From positions 10,604,001 to 10,664,000 of the forward strand of contig NC_087263.1 in the NCBI RefSeq assembly GCF_037042905.1: a DNA stretch of 60,000 nucleotides, given 5' to 3'. This stretch comes from Lytechinus pictus. Lineage: Eukaryota. A model generated the notes under the pieces. That model did no database searches, was not told the DNA's origin, and saw only the letters and a program-made list of their open reading frames with translations. The stretch's first letter is position 1, and the number at the start of each line of letters is the position of its first letter. Below are positions 1 through 13,111 of this stretch, piece after piece. The translations under genes and the position numbers were made by a program.

Positions 1-905
1 TTTCTTTGATCTCATTCTTTGATTCCTTTGTTTCCACACAAGCCCAATTGTTTCAATTTCCCTATATGTCCGACGAATAAAAATTGTCAAAATCAACTGA
101 CCCAAATCCTAGTACAGTTTTACCAATAAATTCGTTGACTTTGATCATTGTTGTCGGTCGGACACATATCCACCAACATATAACCAATTTCGACCAACTT
201 TTTTTGAGAGTGGGCATTAATGACTCAAACAAGTAAGATACAGTTCATTTTTTAGACACTTGTGTTGCATGGAAAAAACTTTTTTTATTTTACTTTGCTT
301 TGGGTGTGTTCTCCCATCATGTTGTAACAGACAAACCAACAATAAATGTACATCCCCTCCATATTTAGGAAGAGACGGGGAATAGAGGGCTAGCCCCTGT
401 GACTCACAGCAAATCGAAACACATGCAAGATAATTCTATATACATATTTAGCATTTAGGGAAATATTGTTAAACAGAGGAGACTAGAGTCAGACAGATTT
501 TCTCCGCGAACGCTGTTAAATCTTATTTCCTGTGTCTGCAGTTGGTTTGGTATTAAATGATGGCCCTTTCTGAACTTGTTAGAGAGCATATAGTTTGGAT
601 CAAGATGCTTTTCATTTTGCTTATGTGTCATTCCAAACGACAATAGACAGGAATGAAGTTTGAGAACAATATAGAATGCAGTAATGACAAAATATGTATC
701 ATTGTTAGGATTGATGCATTCCTCTTGAATTTGACAACGATCAAACAAAGTCTGACGAGTCTTTATGTATGGAGGCATTTTTGATGTATATTGGACAAGT
801 TATATGCGTGCAAGAAATCAAAAATCATCAAAGGTCTTGAGTGTTTCAGACGGATTTTTCATTGAGGAGTATGAAGCCGTTGTCAATAGAATGGCAGCTA
901 CTTTT

Positions 906-970
906 TTTCAAAAACTACTACTGCTACTTCTGCTGCTGCTACTATTACTACTGCTACTTCTTTTACTACC
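906..970. repeat. (CTA/CTG)n microsatellite
   Basis: Direct inspection; produces a spurious poly-Leu ORF. Confidence 0.9.
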
Positions 971-1774
971 AATGGCGTACCGTGAGTCACGGCATAGGGG
1001 GGGGGGGGCACCCTACAATTTTGAGTCACTTAATGGGTGTGCAAATAAAGCACGGTCAATAGCCAGGTATACCGACCTAATAGAGATATTTTAAGGACAG
1101 TGCCATTAAAAGGATACGTATCTCACTGATTAAATAAACGCGAGCACGAAATGCGAGCTGAAATTTTGTGATATTCAGATCTAAAGAGGGGCATTCTAAG
1201 GGTTTTTTGTGTCGGAATTCATTTAGACCATACTATTTCACTAACCAAATGATGCGAGCGCGAAGCGCGAGCTGATTTTTTTTTCAATATTCAGGCCAGG
1301 AGTAAGTTACATTTTAATGACTGTTTTTAGGAATTCAAGAGAAGACATATCTCACCAATCCACTGATACGGACGAACTGGAAATGTTTTATTTTCAGACC
1401 TTAAAAGGGAGCAATCACTTTAAGTAGTTATGAAAAAGAAGCAGATGTCTTTACATATAATAATAAAAGCTCGAAGGCGAGGAAATATATTTTGTTTACA
1501 TTGTTTTGAAAAACAGGATGTTTTAATACCTTTAAACGGGATTATTTATCTCATTAAACAGACAAATTGCGATCATGAGGAGTGATGAACACATAGGCCC
1601 CAAGCAAAGTATGTTTCATAAAGTTATGGGGAAAAAATCTTATGTAATATGATATAATATATATAACAACATATAACATAATGCTTAAAAAATGTTTTCT
1701 TCTCCCCCACTATGTTTATCCTTCTTTCTCCCTCTTTTTCTCCCTTTTCCACCAAGGACTACTATTCACCACCA

Positions 1775-1850
1775 TGTGGAGCGCTATGGCACAAGTGGAT
1801 TAGCCTCCGGACTTTCGAACAGAGGGTCGTTGAATATGAATCCATGTCAT
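1775..1850 (+). mobile_element. SINE head fragment
   Basis: GTGGAGCGCTATGGC..GTGG..AACAGAGGGTCGT resembles the head of the 18021 SINE; another fragment lies at ~7600-7665 (-). Confidence 0.5.
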
Positions 1851-2994
1851 GTTTTATTCAAATAAATCTTAAAACAGAATCATCTTCTAGCCGAATGGTG
1901 GTTGTTGATTTCATTTCAATCTATTAACTAAAATAAACAATGTCTATCAAAAGTTCATCGCAATGATAGTTCCCATTTTTCGACGTTCACATGACATTGA
2001 TGCACGCTTGATACTAACGGATGCAAAAAAATGTAGGGTAGGGGCTGCGAATAATTGCTATGTGCGGTCATGTTCATGAACTTGTTAATATACTTCCCGT
2101 CATGGATAAATCGTCTTGCAAAAAAAGTAGATAACATGTCCTTAATGACCTGACATCTTAGGGGATTTCAGAGCATCCTCCCCAGACTTCCGGTTCCAAC
2201 TTAAAGGCCAATGGCAGTTTGTCCTATATCTGTAGGTCCCAAATGGTTTGTAAGTGTTTTTTTTTGTCTTGAGCTTGACAAGGCTTGTGAACAATCTGGT
2301 TGATGGTCTTGGAGGATGTCAGAAAATAATCATAAAATGTTGTACTCCTTTCATGAATTTAAACAGTATATTTTATATTTTGTGTTGTCCTTTGATTTTT
2401 GCATTTGTATGTGTTTACATGTAAAAGGGTCCTGTGAGAGAACAGTGTGCGTCACCGATGAAGCTACCCTGTATAAAAAAGATTTAATTATAAAAAAATT
2501 ATCATAATAATAATAGTAATAATGATAATGTGAAACGATATTAGCCAATGCTATGTATGTGTGTTGGTGTGTGAGCTTTAACCAAGTTCGAATCGAATCA
2601 CTGTGTCACTCTGATCAACTCGGCTATAATCTTAAGGTAATTAGAGGATTTTCTTTATGAATCAGTCCAATGGAATTGACTGAGAGGAAAACCCAAGCAG
2701 AGAGATTCATGGAGGTCTTTCCTCTGGCACGAGGACATGTCTCATTATGGATCCATCAGAGAACATCCGCTTTTAGGCATTTACAAGAAGTGTTACTTTG
2801 ATGATTTCCACCAGAACTAAGGATGGTTTCACCTCATACATTTAATCAAACAGAGGTTGACAACACCTTCTACTACTTCATGGTATTGACAGAAAGATAT
2901 TGGCGTGCAAGACATTTCGCGGTGAAGAAACCAAAGTTCACCAATACCCTTCTTGTATGTTTTAAGTAAAAGGAACTGTTTCTCTTACGTAAGC

Positions 2995-4533
2995 ATGATT
3001 GGTAATGGGACAAGGTGTTCGTATAGAAAACATTTCCGAAAACATTGGAAAACTGTCTTCTTCATCTTGTTCATATGTTGTGGTTTATATGCCTACTTGT
3101 ACGAAAGAATTAATACCACGAAGAAAAATGCTTTCCGGAAGTCAAACGGCACTGAGAGGGACAACTACAATGGACAACTACAAAAACCTGAGCCGGGTGG
3201 TCCTGGATTTATTAATGATGATAACGTAAGTTCAGTCAGAGGAAATATTGGTATTTCGACAAGTGTGGTCAAAAGTACAGACCCGGTGGGTAAAGAACTG
3301 AAGGCCAGGTTCAACATGGGTCATTGGAATTCTTCAACAGTTTCCAGGGAATACCATCACCATTATCAAGTAAACTGCAGTGGGATTATCCAAGGGGACC
3401 CCTTATCCCTGGAAAGATCAAAGTCGATCCTCACTTGGACAAATGTCGAAGGACGAACGCCAATGCCTTCGGATGAGGTAGTTGCAACGTGGACGCGCAA
3501 CTGTGATTATTACAGGACTAACCGGAAGTACCCAACCGAGGCAATGTCACTTGAAGAATTTGACTTTCCCCTAGCCTATATACTGCTTGTGCACAAGGAC
3601 GCAGCGCAAGTGGAGAGGCTGCTCCGGTCCATCTATCATCCGCAGAATGTGTACTGCTTCCACGTGGATGCCAATGCGGACGACGATTTTGGCACAGCGA
3701 TCCTTGGAATGTCCCGTTGCTTTGACAATGTCTTTATAGCTTCAAAACTTGAGAGAGTCCAGTACAGGGGATTCTCTCGTCTTCAGGCGGATATCAACTG
3801 CATGGAAGATCTAGCATCCTGGAGTGGATCTCGCTGGAAGTATGTTATCAATCTATGTGGTCAAGACTTTCCTTTGAAAACTAACCTGGAGATTGTCCAC
3901 CAGGTGAAAGCCTATGGAAGTTATAATGATATCCCTGGTGTATATCCGAAACAAACTGAATGGTTTGTTAACCGGACCCGGAACCACCATCGCGTGGTAA
4001 ATGGAAAGTTGCAGATCACAGGAATCGTAAAACCTCCACCACCTCGCAATGCTAAAATATACTTTGGAAATGCTTACTATGTCGCCAGCAGACGATTCGT
4101 GGAATTCATTCTCAACAACAGAACTGCTAAGGAGTTGTTATATTATCTCGAAGATACGAACAGTCCGGATGAGCACTACTGGGTCACCATGAGTCGTTTC
4201 CCGGATGCACCAGGCGGATATCCGTACTCGTCATGGCGATCCTCCGCTCGATTTATCCGGTGGACCGTGTCGGATGAACATCCGCCCTGCATCGGAAAGT
4301 ACGTACGGCAAGTCTGTGTTATTGGGTCCGGATATCTACCTTATGTTACCAGTCTACCGCATTTATTTGTAAACAAATTGAATTATGATTACGATCCGAT
4401 TTCGTTGCAATGTCTAGAGGAGATTATGGATTACCGGACATTATTTCCCAATGCATTAGCTGATTTCGTTCCGGTTTACCCGTTATATGACTTATTTCCA
4501 AATAACCCGCAGACAGAAAAACAACAATATTAG
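2995..4533 (+). CDS. Core-2/I-branching beta-1,6-N-acetylglucosaminyltransferase (GT14/Branch family, GCNT-like), 512 aa, single coding exon
   Basis: Long ORF; the track starts at a TTG at 2953 and the first in-frame ATG is 2995. Type II membrane anchor (WKTVFFILFICCGLYAYLY) after a basic tail. Family motifs EEFDFPLAYILLVHKD..ERLLRSIYHPQNVYCFHVD, WKYVINLCGQDFPLKTNLEIV, SPDEHYW (catalytic Glu), CIGKYVRQVCV, LFVNK. Orthology to GCNT1/2/3/4 cannot be assigned by eye. Confidence 0.95.
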   Translation: MIGNGTRCSYRKHFRKHWKTVFFILFICCGLYAYLYERINTTKKNAFRKSNGTERDNYNGQLQKPEPGGPGFINDDNVSSVRGNIGISTSVVKSTDPVGKELKARFNMGHWNSSTVSREYHHHYQVNCSGIIQGDPLSLERSKSILTWTNVEGRTPMPSDEVVATWTRNCDYYRTNRKYPTEAMSLEEFDFPLAYILLVHKDAAQVERLLRSIYHPQNVYCFHVDANADDDFGTAILGMSRCFDNVFIASKLERVQYRGFSRLQADINCMEDLASWSGSRWKYVINLCGQDFPLKTNLEIVHQVKAYGSYNDIPGVYPKQTEWFVNRTRNHHRVVNGKLQITGIVKPPPPRNAKIYFGNAYYVASRRFVEFILNNRTAKELLYYLEDTNSPDEHYWVTMSRFPDAPGGYPYSSWRSSARFIRWTVSDEHPPCIGKYVRQVCVIGSGYLPYVTSLPHLFVNKLNYDYDPISLQCLEEIMDYRTLFPNALADFVPVYPLYDLFPNNPQTEKQQY

Positions 4534-5734
4534 TGAAAGCAACGAAGGGCACTGGTTTTCCCTTTTTCTCTTTTAATTGCCCTGATTACAACCAGCCGTT
4601 CTGCTTTGAATCTGCGGCATATTTTGCAAGAAAGCTGAAGGCACCGATCCCACTCATTTCCATGAGTGCGCAGAACAAAAAATAATATTGAACATACGTT
4701 ACGTTTGGCCAAGTATTTTTTTAAAATGCAAGTGATACGCATGGCCATCGTACATCTTGCAGGTACTTCTTACGTCCAACGCAGATACGACCTGAGAAGG
4801 TCACTTGGACGCACCCTACTGTTTAAAGTTGCACCTTGATTCTGCTAAGCACATGCGGGGCTATTGAATCCTGGGTCCCGCAAAGTTACTTTGCCATCCA
4901 ATGATATCTTCTATGGAATTCTTAAATTGATTGCCTGTTGAGCAGTGTTGCCATTGTAGTTACAATTGGATGGTAAACAGGTAAAGGAGCTTAAAATAAT
5001 AGTAGTTGTCATGCAAGGGGACCCCGGATGTTTGGTGTATACAAATATATCAGGCTTTTAGTTAGTGCAGCGGGAATCATTTGCCCAAGGATTGACTGGC
5101 AATTACTATTTCTTTTAGATTGAAAAAAAAAAACATACGGGTCATAGGACGAGGTTTACAGTCGGCCTATCTGCGATCAGCTGTGAATAGGGTCCTGGTT
5201 CGTAAACACTTGTTATGATAAAAATTTCGAATTTTTCCATTACAAAATTGACGGAAAGAAAGTTTCAAAAGAGCAGTTACAGAAACATTGAGATAATCAA
5301 ATGAATAATATTTGAAGGATTCCAGTAGCTTTAAAATGTTATTGGAAATATGTTCTCATAACGAGATTTATGAAAGGGCCCGTGGCTTCCAAGCATATCT
5401 TTTGTAGGTATTTGTTCAAGTTTGTAAGGTGTCGGTAATTAACTGTTCATTAAAAGTGATTATGTGAAAAGATCTAAAAATGAAAGTTATGTTGTTTTGT
5501 TTTTGTCGTGATGATGCCTCTGTGATTATTAGGGGGGGGGGGGTGTACTGTCATTACAATTATGATATCATGCTGGAAATGCCCACCCACTCACCCACAT
5601 ACCCTCACACACTCCCTCACTCAAAGACATGATGAATATCATTTCTCATTGGCGAAAGAGAGATGTACGCGTGCGCAGAGAAAATGATATTTATCACAAT
5701 TGCAGAAATCGGGAAAAAATTGTATATCTTTCAA

Positions 5735-6044
5735 CACTAGCGTACCTAAGGGGGGGGGGGGCAGACTGCCCCCCTGACGAGTCATAACTCATGCAGGGAA
5801 CGTATACCTGCCCCCCCTGACGAGTCACAACTGATCCAGGGGACGTGCCCCCCTCCCTTTTGAGCAACCAAATTAATAATTTGTAATGTAAAAATGCAGT
5901 GAAAAAAGACATGTGCCCCCTCTTTTGAACCTGGATTTTGGGTTGAAGACTTTTTTTTTTTTTTTTTCTTGTCAAATGTTTTCGCGGACGAAATATCCTC
6001 CAAAAAATTTGCCCCCCTTCTGGAAAATCCTAGGTACGCCAGTG
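5735..6044. mobile_element. hAT-like MITE
   Basis: TIR CACTAGCGTACCTA / TAGGTACGCCAGTG; perfect 8-bp TSD TCTTTCAA (5727-5734, 6045-6052). Confidence 0.85.
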
Positions 6045-6432
6045 TCTTTCAACCCGGTCATGAAAATGAAACATCTGAGTCATGGTTTAGGTTTAGGAAA
6101 CACCACAAAATTCTTGTTTAGGGTACTCTGAGATCGACAGATAATTACTTGGTTGGAGCCAGTCTAAATTGAAAGTTCATGTACGACCATGATGTCCACT
6201 TTGTAATGACAGTGCTCCACTAAGAATCTCAAATTGATTATCGGGGATGAATTGTGGGAAAGACTCGTAAGATTTCAATACATGTACACGCATTTCAGGT
6301 CGATCACGCAGTGACAGGTGGTAAAGTCACACCAACGAAACTGACTCCAGACCGATCAAAGCTATAACGTTACTTCGAATGGTATATCATCGGTCGGTTT
6401 GGAGTCGGTGGGACGGCGGCATTACAGTCTTA

Positions 6433-6794
6433 AGCCCGGCGCACACTATGCGATTCGAATTCGCTGCTATCCGAATTAAAAACATTGTAATGACATTCGA
6501 TGTGAACATTCCAAGCAATACAATCTCAGCGATCAAAGTCCGTTTAGTGGTAGGACTACTGACATTGAAAGTCTGTCTAGTTCGAGCCTCAATGTAGGAC
6601 CATCGGCTGCGACGTGAAGCCGATTTGGACTTTACTCTGACCACAGGGCTTGCCAGAAAGCAAAATTCTGTTTTCATTTTTCCCAACATGATACCAAACT
6701 TTAAAGAAAATAATTATACTTTTCGGAAAATTCACGTTTAATGCAAAATTCGATTTATTAAAAAATTGCGTCGCATCATAGTGTGCGCTGGGCT
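6433..6794. mobile_element. PIF/Harbinger-like MITE
   Basis: TIR AGCCCGGCGCACACTATG / CATAGTGTGCGCTGGGCT; 3-bp TSD TTA on both sides. Confidence 0.82.
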
Positions 6795-8837
6795 TTAAAA
6801 AAGATTTCTCAAAATAGCCAATGTATTGGTGAAAACGAGTCCATCCAAGAAACAAGGTCAAAATCGACCAAATTATTAAATAGAAACTGCCAAACTTTCG
6901 ATTGATATTGACCATTTTTACCCGTCGGAATCGTATTAAAAAACATTGGCTATTTTGACTAATCCTTTTTAAAGGGTATTAATTTCTACTTCCGTCGAAC
7001 CAATTCGCACATTAGAATAGGCCTATGCACAGTAGTATAAATCGAGTCTTTACGTTTGGTCTGATAAAATTTTCTATCAGATAAAAGAAAGAGAAGATTC
7101 TCTCTTTCGAACCATTAAAATTAATCCTTTTCCCTTTTGCATGGAGGGGCGAGATTTCGCACTAATCACTTTCTATTAAGGGGTGTGACTCAGGACCTAT
7201 ATTGGTTATGGTTGTTTTGCTATCAGCGGCTACAGCGATGTCAATACCGAACCACAACGGAAATGACCCTAGCGCCTTAACGAGTGACGTACGTCATTTT
7301 CTGCTCGATCCTAGGTATTGGTCATCCATGGTCAACTCTCAAACCGTCTGGACAGGACACATGACTGCCATGGTGATGACCAATGGTTGTTTTGGGAGTT
7401 TTTGAAAGTCCAGATGATGGCCTGAATCAGTGTGGCTTTGATATTCGTTATGATTGATAAATCAATGAAGCTGTCTCTGATGAGTGATTCTCTTCGCACA
7501 AGTCACAGACAAATCTACCCTATAACAGCATATGTGGAAAGCAAGGTATCTTTAATGTGAAAAATGGGAAATAAGTAGGCTTTAAATTTGTTTCAGTCGT
7601 ATTAACGAACCCGCGACCCTCTGTTTGAAGATTCGGAGACTTATCCTTTGCACCACACAGGCCATCCGTTACCGTTCATCATTCCATGGACCTATTCGTA
7701 ATAGGTCCATGATCATTCCCAGAGACTACCTTTAATAGCATGTATTTTTTAATGAAAAGATAGTTGTTGATATAAATTGGGACATTATTCACGCAGTTAC
7801 CTCTTTTTGAATATGTACAGTATAATATGTTCAAACTCTTTCCTTCTCAATGCGTTAAACGGGTATCTGATATGATACGCAAGCCTATGTGATAGGCCTC
7901 TGCATAGCAATTGAGTCTGAAAAATCTTGCTTAAATTCTCCCCAGGGAGTAGAGAAAAAATGATTCGTTGTACGCGTGCAAGGCAGAAACTGTTAAGCGG
8001 GGTCCAACTTAGAGACATCATAGAAGCCGTTAATTATTATTATTTTTTTAATTCATAATCGTAAACGCAATTATGAGAAGAAAAAATAAACTAGAAAATT
8101 TCACCAACACACATAGCATTCCATACTTCTGTTAACGACAGTCGATTAAACCGATTTTTCTCTGAGCTTTTCTTATTTGCAAACATGGCATCGGATGTAT
8201 GCGCTGTGTCACATCATTAAACAATTTCCTGAAATCACTCAAACGTCACGGAAAGAATTAAATAATCGTTTAGATTCATCACCTGGACGAGCCTGCTGTA
8301 TTTAGCAGATAATACGTCATTATTAATCAGTTATTGAAATTACTTTATCCAAACGAAATGAATGCTCTTTAGAGATAAGAAGGTGTACCTGTTCCATATC
8401 AGAAACACCCCTTGTACGTAAAAGTGTTCCAAATACATGTAGAAAGATTGGTTGGTACTGTATATCGATTTAATCAGTTCCATCTGTGCAACCCTAACCC
8501 TATTCGCTATATATTTTGCAATTTCATTAGAAGGGAGATCATGATTTCGAGAACAGCCTTAAGTCTGACAGTAATTTTTGTCAGAATGTTAAAATCGGCT
8601 AAACGTTCTGCTTCCATAATTAAAATATTGAATTGACCTGCCCATCCAAATATCCAAATTTGTTATAACTTATTCTCAAGGTATGTAACTGAATTTTTGA
8701 GCGGTTTGAAATGATTCTTTTCCGATATCCACCACTCGAAAGTATCCTTAATTCTACGAAATTTTCAACAATCATCCTAATAATTCTATTCAAGGTAAAG
8801 GAGGCACTTTTCTGATCTGAACATTGTAATTATAACA

Positions 8838-9072
8838 ATGATAGCTGGAATTATATAGCGCTTTGTGCCTGGGGATACAAAGCGCTGCTATACATATACA
8901 CCGGTTTAGTCGCGCTGCCTAGAAGCATGCCTTCCTACCAGGTAACCCTTCACCTCACCTGGGTTGAGTGCAGCAGAATGTGGATCGATATCTTGAAGAA
9001 AACACGTCATGCTTGGGAATCAAACCCAGGTCCCTCAGAATGAAAGACGAAAGACTAGTAAACCAGAAGGCC
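8838..9072 (-). mobile_element. Diverged tRNA-derived SINE
   Basis: Minus strand: B-box-like GGTTTGATTCCC, CACTCAACCCAGGTG body, tail AAAGCGCTATATAATTCCAGCTAT like the 16880 SINE. Confidence 0.7.
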
Positions 9073-10881
9073 CCAAATCAAGTATTCCTTCAAAAGAAAC
9101 TTGTAAACTGTATAGCAAATTGTCATGTTGTCAAGAACTAAATTTCTCTGTTTCAATGTGTCCGTAAACAGGTCTTTTTTTATTTTATTTTTTTTCATTT
9201 CATCTCCATCCTTCTGTCATGAATTGTAGATAGTTACATTTTCATTGAACAATCCAAATGAACTTGATTTAAGTATCTGAATGATATTCTTGACGTTTGT
9301 CAAAAATCATTACATAGCTTTATATTTGAATATGTCTGGAGACAAGCCTATTTACTTGTCTCATTAATTTTTTCGTTTTTCGTCTTTCTGTCACGAATAC
9401 TTACCATTTAAGTTAGATGGATTTCAATTCAATAATTCAAACGAACTTGATTTGATCATCCGAACAATAGACGTGGGAGGGTGCCACTGAGAGGAGAGAG
9501 CCCCGGGAGCCTCTCCCGTGATTTGCATCAGTCGTCTCGATATAGCAAGCACAGTCATCCACTGGATTTCCGCTCTGCAAACATTAGTGACTCGTCTCCG
9601 AAGGTTGTGCCACTGCCATACCAATGAACTCGACTCCAAACCGATCAGATGGTATGCAATTGGTAATAATGTGACAGCCTTTGTCGATTTTCTGGCGGGT
9701 TTGCCGGTGTGATGGTGGCATTTACCACAAGGTTTTCATATGATAAAGGTTAAAAAGCAACATGCCTCGGCTGCTTTCAATATATAGCGTCAGCTCTACC
9801 CAACTTATTTCCTGATTAATTGCCCATGATGCAACATTCTAAAAAATAGACTTGGAACTTAATATTATAGGTCCATTCAGAACATTTACCTGGGTAATTT
9901 ACCAACTTTAAACTTTACTACATTCACACCGCAATTATTCTGCCAAGGGCAAGGAATGCTAAAAAACTTTACCCTTTTCCATAAAATAAGCCAAATTAGT
10001 TTTTTTTTGTTAATTGCTAAGTAACAATGTCATTATGCATCAAGATTATAAAATGACTCTTTCGTGTTAGTTTTCATTTCCAATAGTTATAATATATTGA
10101 CAACGAATTCCTCTCTGTCCCCACAACCCTACAAGAACACACCTACAAGTGGACTTAACACACCCACGCGCACACCCACCGTCCCCTTGCTCAAAGCGTC
10201 TCTCCCACATGCGCACAAACACACACACTTTCAAGAGCCGACACTGACTGTAACATAACGCATATATACGTAGATATTGCGGGGGGTGGATATATTCAAT
10301 CATTAAATAATAAGAGTAACATCATGTGAAACACACACACACATACACCAACCACACGCGCAGCCGCACCCACAAAACTACGGACACACACGCACAGAAA
10401 GATGAACTCATCATCCATATCCAAAGACAGGGATGTCGAAAGAGCGAAAAAGAAACAGAGAAGTGTGTGTATGGGTATGTGCGCCGTTTGGGGTGTGTGT
10501 GGGGATGTGTGTATGTAAGTGCTTTCCTCTTGTCTTAAGTATGTATACACATTAGATAAATGTCACGTTTTAAATCAGACCTCTATATTTTTCCAATAGT
10601 TATCAACTGACAAATGGCCTGGCAACATTCTTTGTCATCATCAGTAGGCCTATGACGGGTGCGGAGCTCTGTTTCATTGAAATTGATATCGACAGTTATT
10701 AGTCAAAGAAATGTCATTATATCAGTACCTCTTACGAATTATTTTTTATAACAAGTACAGGACCGTCGATGCACTAGAAGGGGGGGGGGTAGAAATACAT
10801 TATGAACATAAGAATGTAGGCTATCGTGTATAAAGAAGCAACAGAATGAAACGTGGTGTAGACCCTCCCCTTCAATAATTA

Positions 10882-12269
10882 ATATTTAGCTTTATATGGG
10901 ACACGGATAGTTGGTTATTAGTGACCGGATGGTTAGATTTCCCAAAAGCAACGGTTTCTCACGTCACAGCTCTAATCCTATGGGGAAAATTGCCTTGAAC
11001 CCCGTCATAATTTCGTAGGACAGGGTCGTACCTTGACCATACCTTAATCATAAATCATTATCATTCATCAATACTGTGGGCATTGATAATGGTTCCATGG
11101 AAGTCCACCATGAAATGTAAATATTGTAATTTGATCGGATTCTTGATAAAAATATAACTACAAACATTGGATATTCAGCTTTATATGGGTCACGGATAGT
11201 TGAGGATTAGTGACCGGATGGTTAGATTTCCCAAAACCAATGGTTTCTCAAGTCACAACTTTAAACCTATGGGGGAAAATTGCCTTGAACCCCGTCATCA
11301 TTTCGTAGAACAGGGTCTTACGTTGACCGATAATCATAAATCATTATGATTATTCATCAATACTGTGGACATTGATAATGCTTAAGTGAAAGTCCATCAT
11401 GAAATGTAGATATCGTAATTTGATCTGATTCTTAATAAAAACATGAATACAAAAAAATGGATATTCAGCTTAATATGGGTCACGGAGAGTTGGCGATTAG
11501 TGACCGGATGGTTAGATATCCCCAAACCAATGGCTTCTCACGTCAGAGCTCTAGACCTATGGGGAAAATTGCCTTGAACCCCGTCATAATTTCGTAGGAG
11601 AAGGGTCGTACCTTGACATAAATAATTATCATTCATCAATACTCTGGACATTGATAATGGTTCCTCGAAAATCCATCTTGAAATGTAAATATTGTAATTT
11701 GATCTGATTCTTAATAATAACACGAATACAAGAAAAAAATGGATATTCAGCTTAAATGGGACACGGTCTCACGGAGAGTTGGTTATTAGTGACCGGATGG
11801 TCAGATTTCCCAAAACCAATGGTTTCTCACGTCAGAGCTCTAAACCTATGGGGGAATATTGCCTTGAACCCCGTCCCAATTTCGTAGGAGAAGGGTCGTA
11901 CCTTGACCATACCTCAATCATAAATCATTATCATCTATCAATACTCTGGACATTGATGATAATGCTTAAGTGAAAGTCCGTCATGAAATGTAAATATTGT
12001 AATTTGATCTGATTCTTGATAAAAACATAACTACAAACAAATTGGATATTCAGCTTTATATGGGTCACGGATAGTTGGTGATTAGTGACCGGATGGTTAG
12101 ATTTCCCAAAACCAATGGCTTCTCACGTCACAGCTTTAAACCTATGGGGGAAAATTGCCTTGAACCCCGTGATTTTTTTCGTAGGACCGTGATCGATGAT
12201 CATAAATCATAATTTTTCATCAATACTGAGGGCATTGATAATGCTTCCGTGAAAGTCCGTCATGAAATG
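10882..12269. repeat. Tandem array of a ~290-bp unit, ~4.8 copies
   Basis: Units start ATATTCAGCTT.ATATGGG at 10882, 11171, 11461, 11743 and 12046; the last copy is truncated. Confidence 0.95.
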
Positions 12270-12891
12270 CTTCCGTGTCCCGCAGTGTGGACAGGGGGGT
12301 GTGAACAGAATGACCCGTATTTCGAACATTTTGAACTCAGGTTTAATTTAAACCAGGTCGGTGTGTCAAAAAGCTGTTCGTAAATTAACGACTGGTGAAC
12401 ATTTCGTAAGCACTAAATGAACATATTACAATGACCATATCATTTGCCACAAGAAAAGATCACCAGTCGTTCTTGTCGCTCACAACATACGAACAGCTTC
12501 ATGAAACGGCCCCTGGGCTAAAGTCATGAAAGTTGTGGTTTAAATAATCATGTGTAGACAAGTATCTCTAACAGGCCAAGTTCAGTTTGCCAGCTCATTT
12601 GACACTAAAATCATTCATAACTGACTTGGAATAATTTCTGAAATAGTTATCGTAATCGTTAAAACATAAGTAAAGGCCACATGAAATTTTGAAATGTTTG
12701 GCTTCCCATAATTTTAACAGTCACAGAGTTAGACCATATGGCCTAAGTTTTAACCAGACTTCGAATTATGTGACACTGTGGTCGCAGTGTTTTTCAGTGT
12801 GTGAAAATGTGAAAATAAACCCTTTGAAAATGAACAAAATTCATATTGTCGTCACACTGCAAAGAGTGTTCACACCGTGTTCTTACAATAT

Positions 12892-13111
12892 ACACTCTTA
12901 AAAAAATTGAGTAAAAATTTACCCAATATTGGGTAGAAAGGGAACATTCATGTTTGCTATGTAAATTTTTTCCCATATTGGGCAAAAAGCAAGTTTAAAG
13001 GGTAAATCTCAACGTAACATTGCCTTAAATTTATAAAGTATTTGGTATCATTTATCCATCAAACATACATGTTCCCAGTTTACCCAATATTGGGTAAACT
13101 TATTATAGAGT
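12892..13111. mobile_element. CACT-ended MITE (CMC/EnSpm-like)
   Basis: CACTCTTAAAAA ... TTATAGAGTG termini; subterminal palindrome TACCCAATATTGGGTA at both ends. Confidence 0.65.

Noticed and set aside
300..2330. Possible decayed retroelement or coding remnants at ~455-850 and ~1945-2330 (-)
   Set aside because: Composition is suggestive, but no diagnostic motif could be read.
2953..2994. N-terminal extension of the GCNT ORF in the track
   Set aside because: It starts at TTG, a prokaryotic-style start; the first ATG is at 2995.
9430..9730. GC-richer stretch with overlapping short ORFs
   Set aside because: No recognisable protein motif or convincing splice-bounded exon in any frame.
10882..12269. 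CRISPR-like regularly spaced repeats
   Set aside because: The whole unit repeats with no unique spacers; eukaryotic context; no cas genes.
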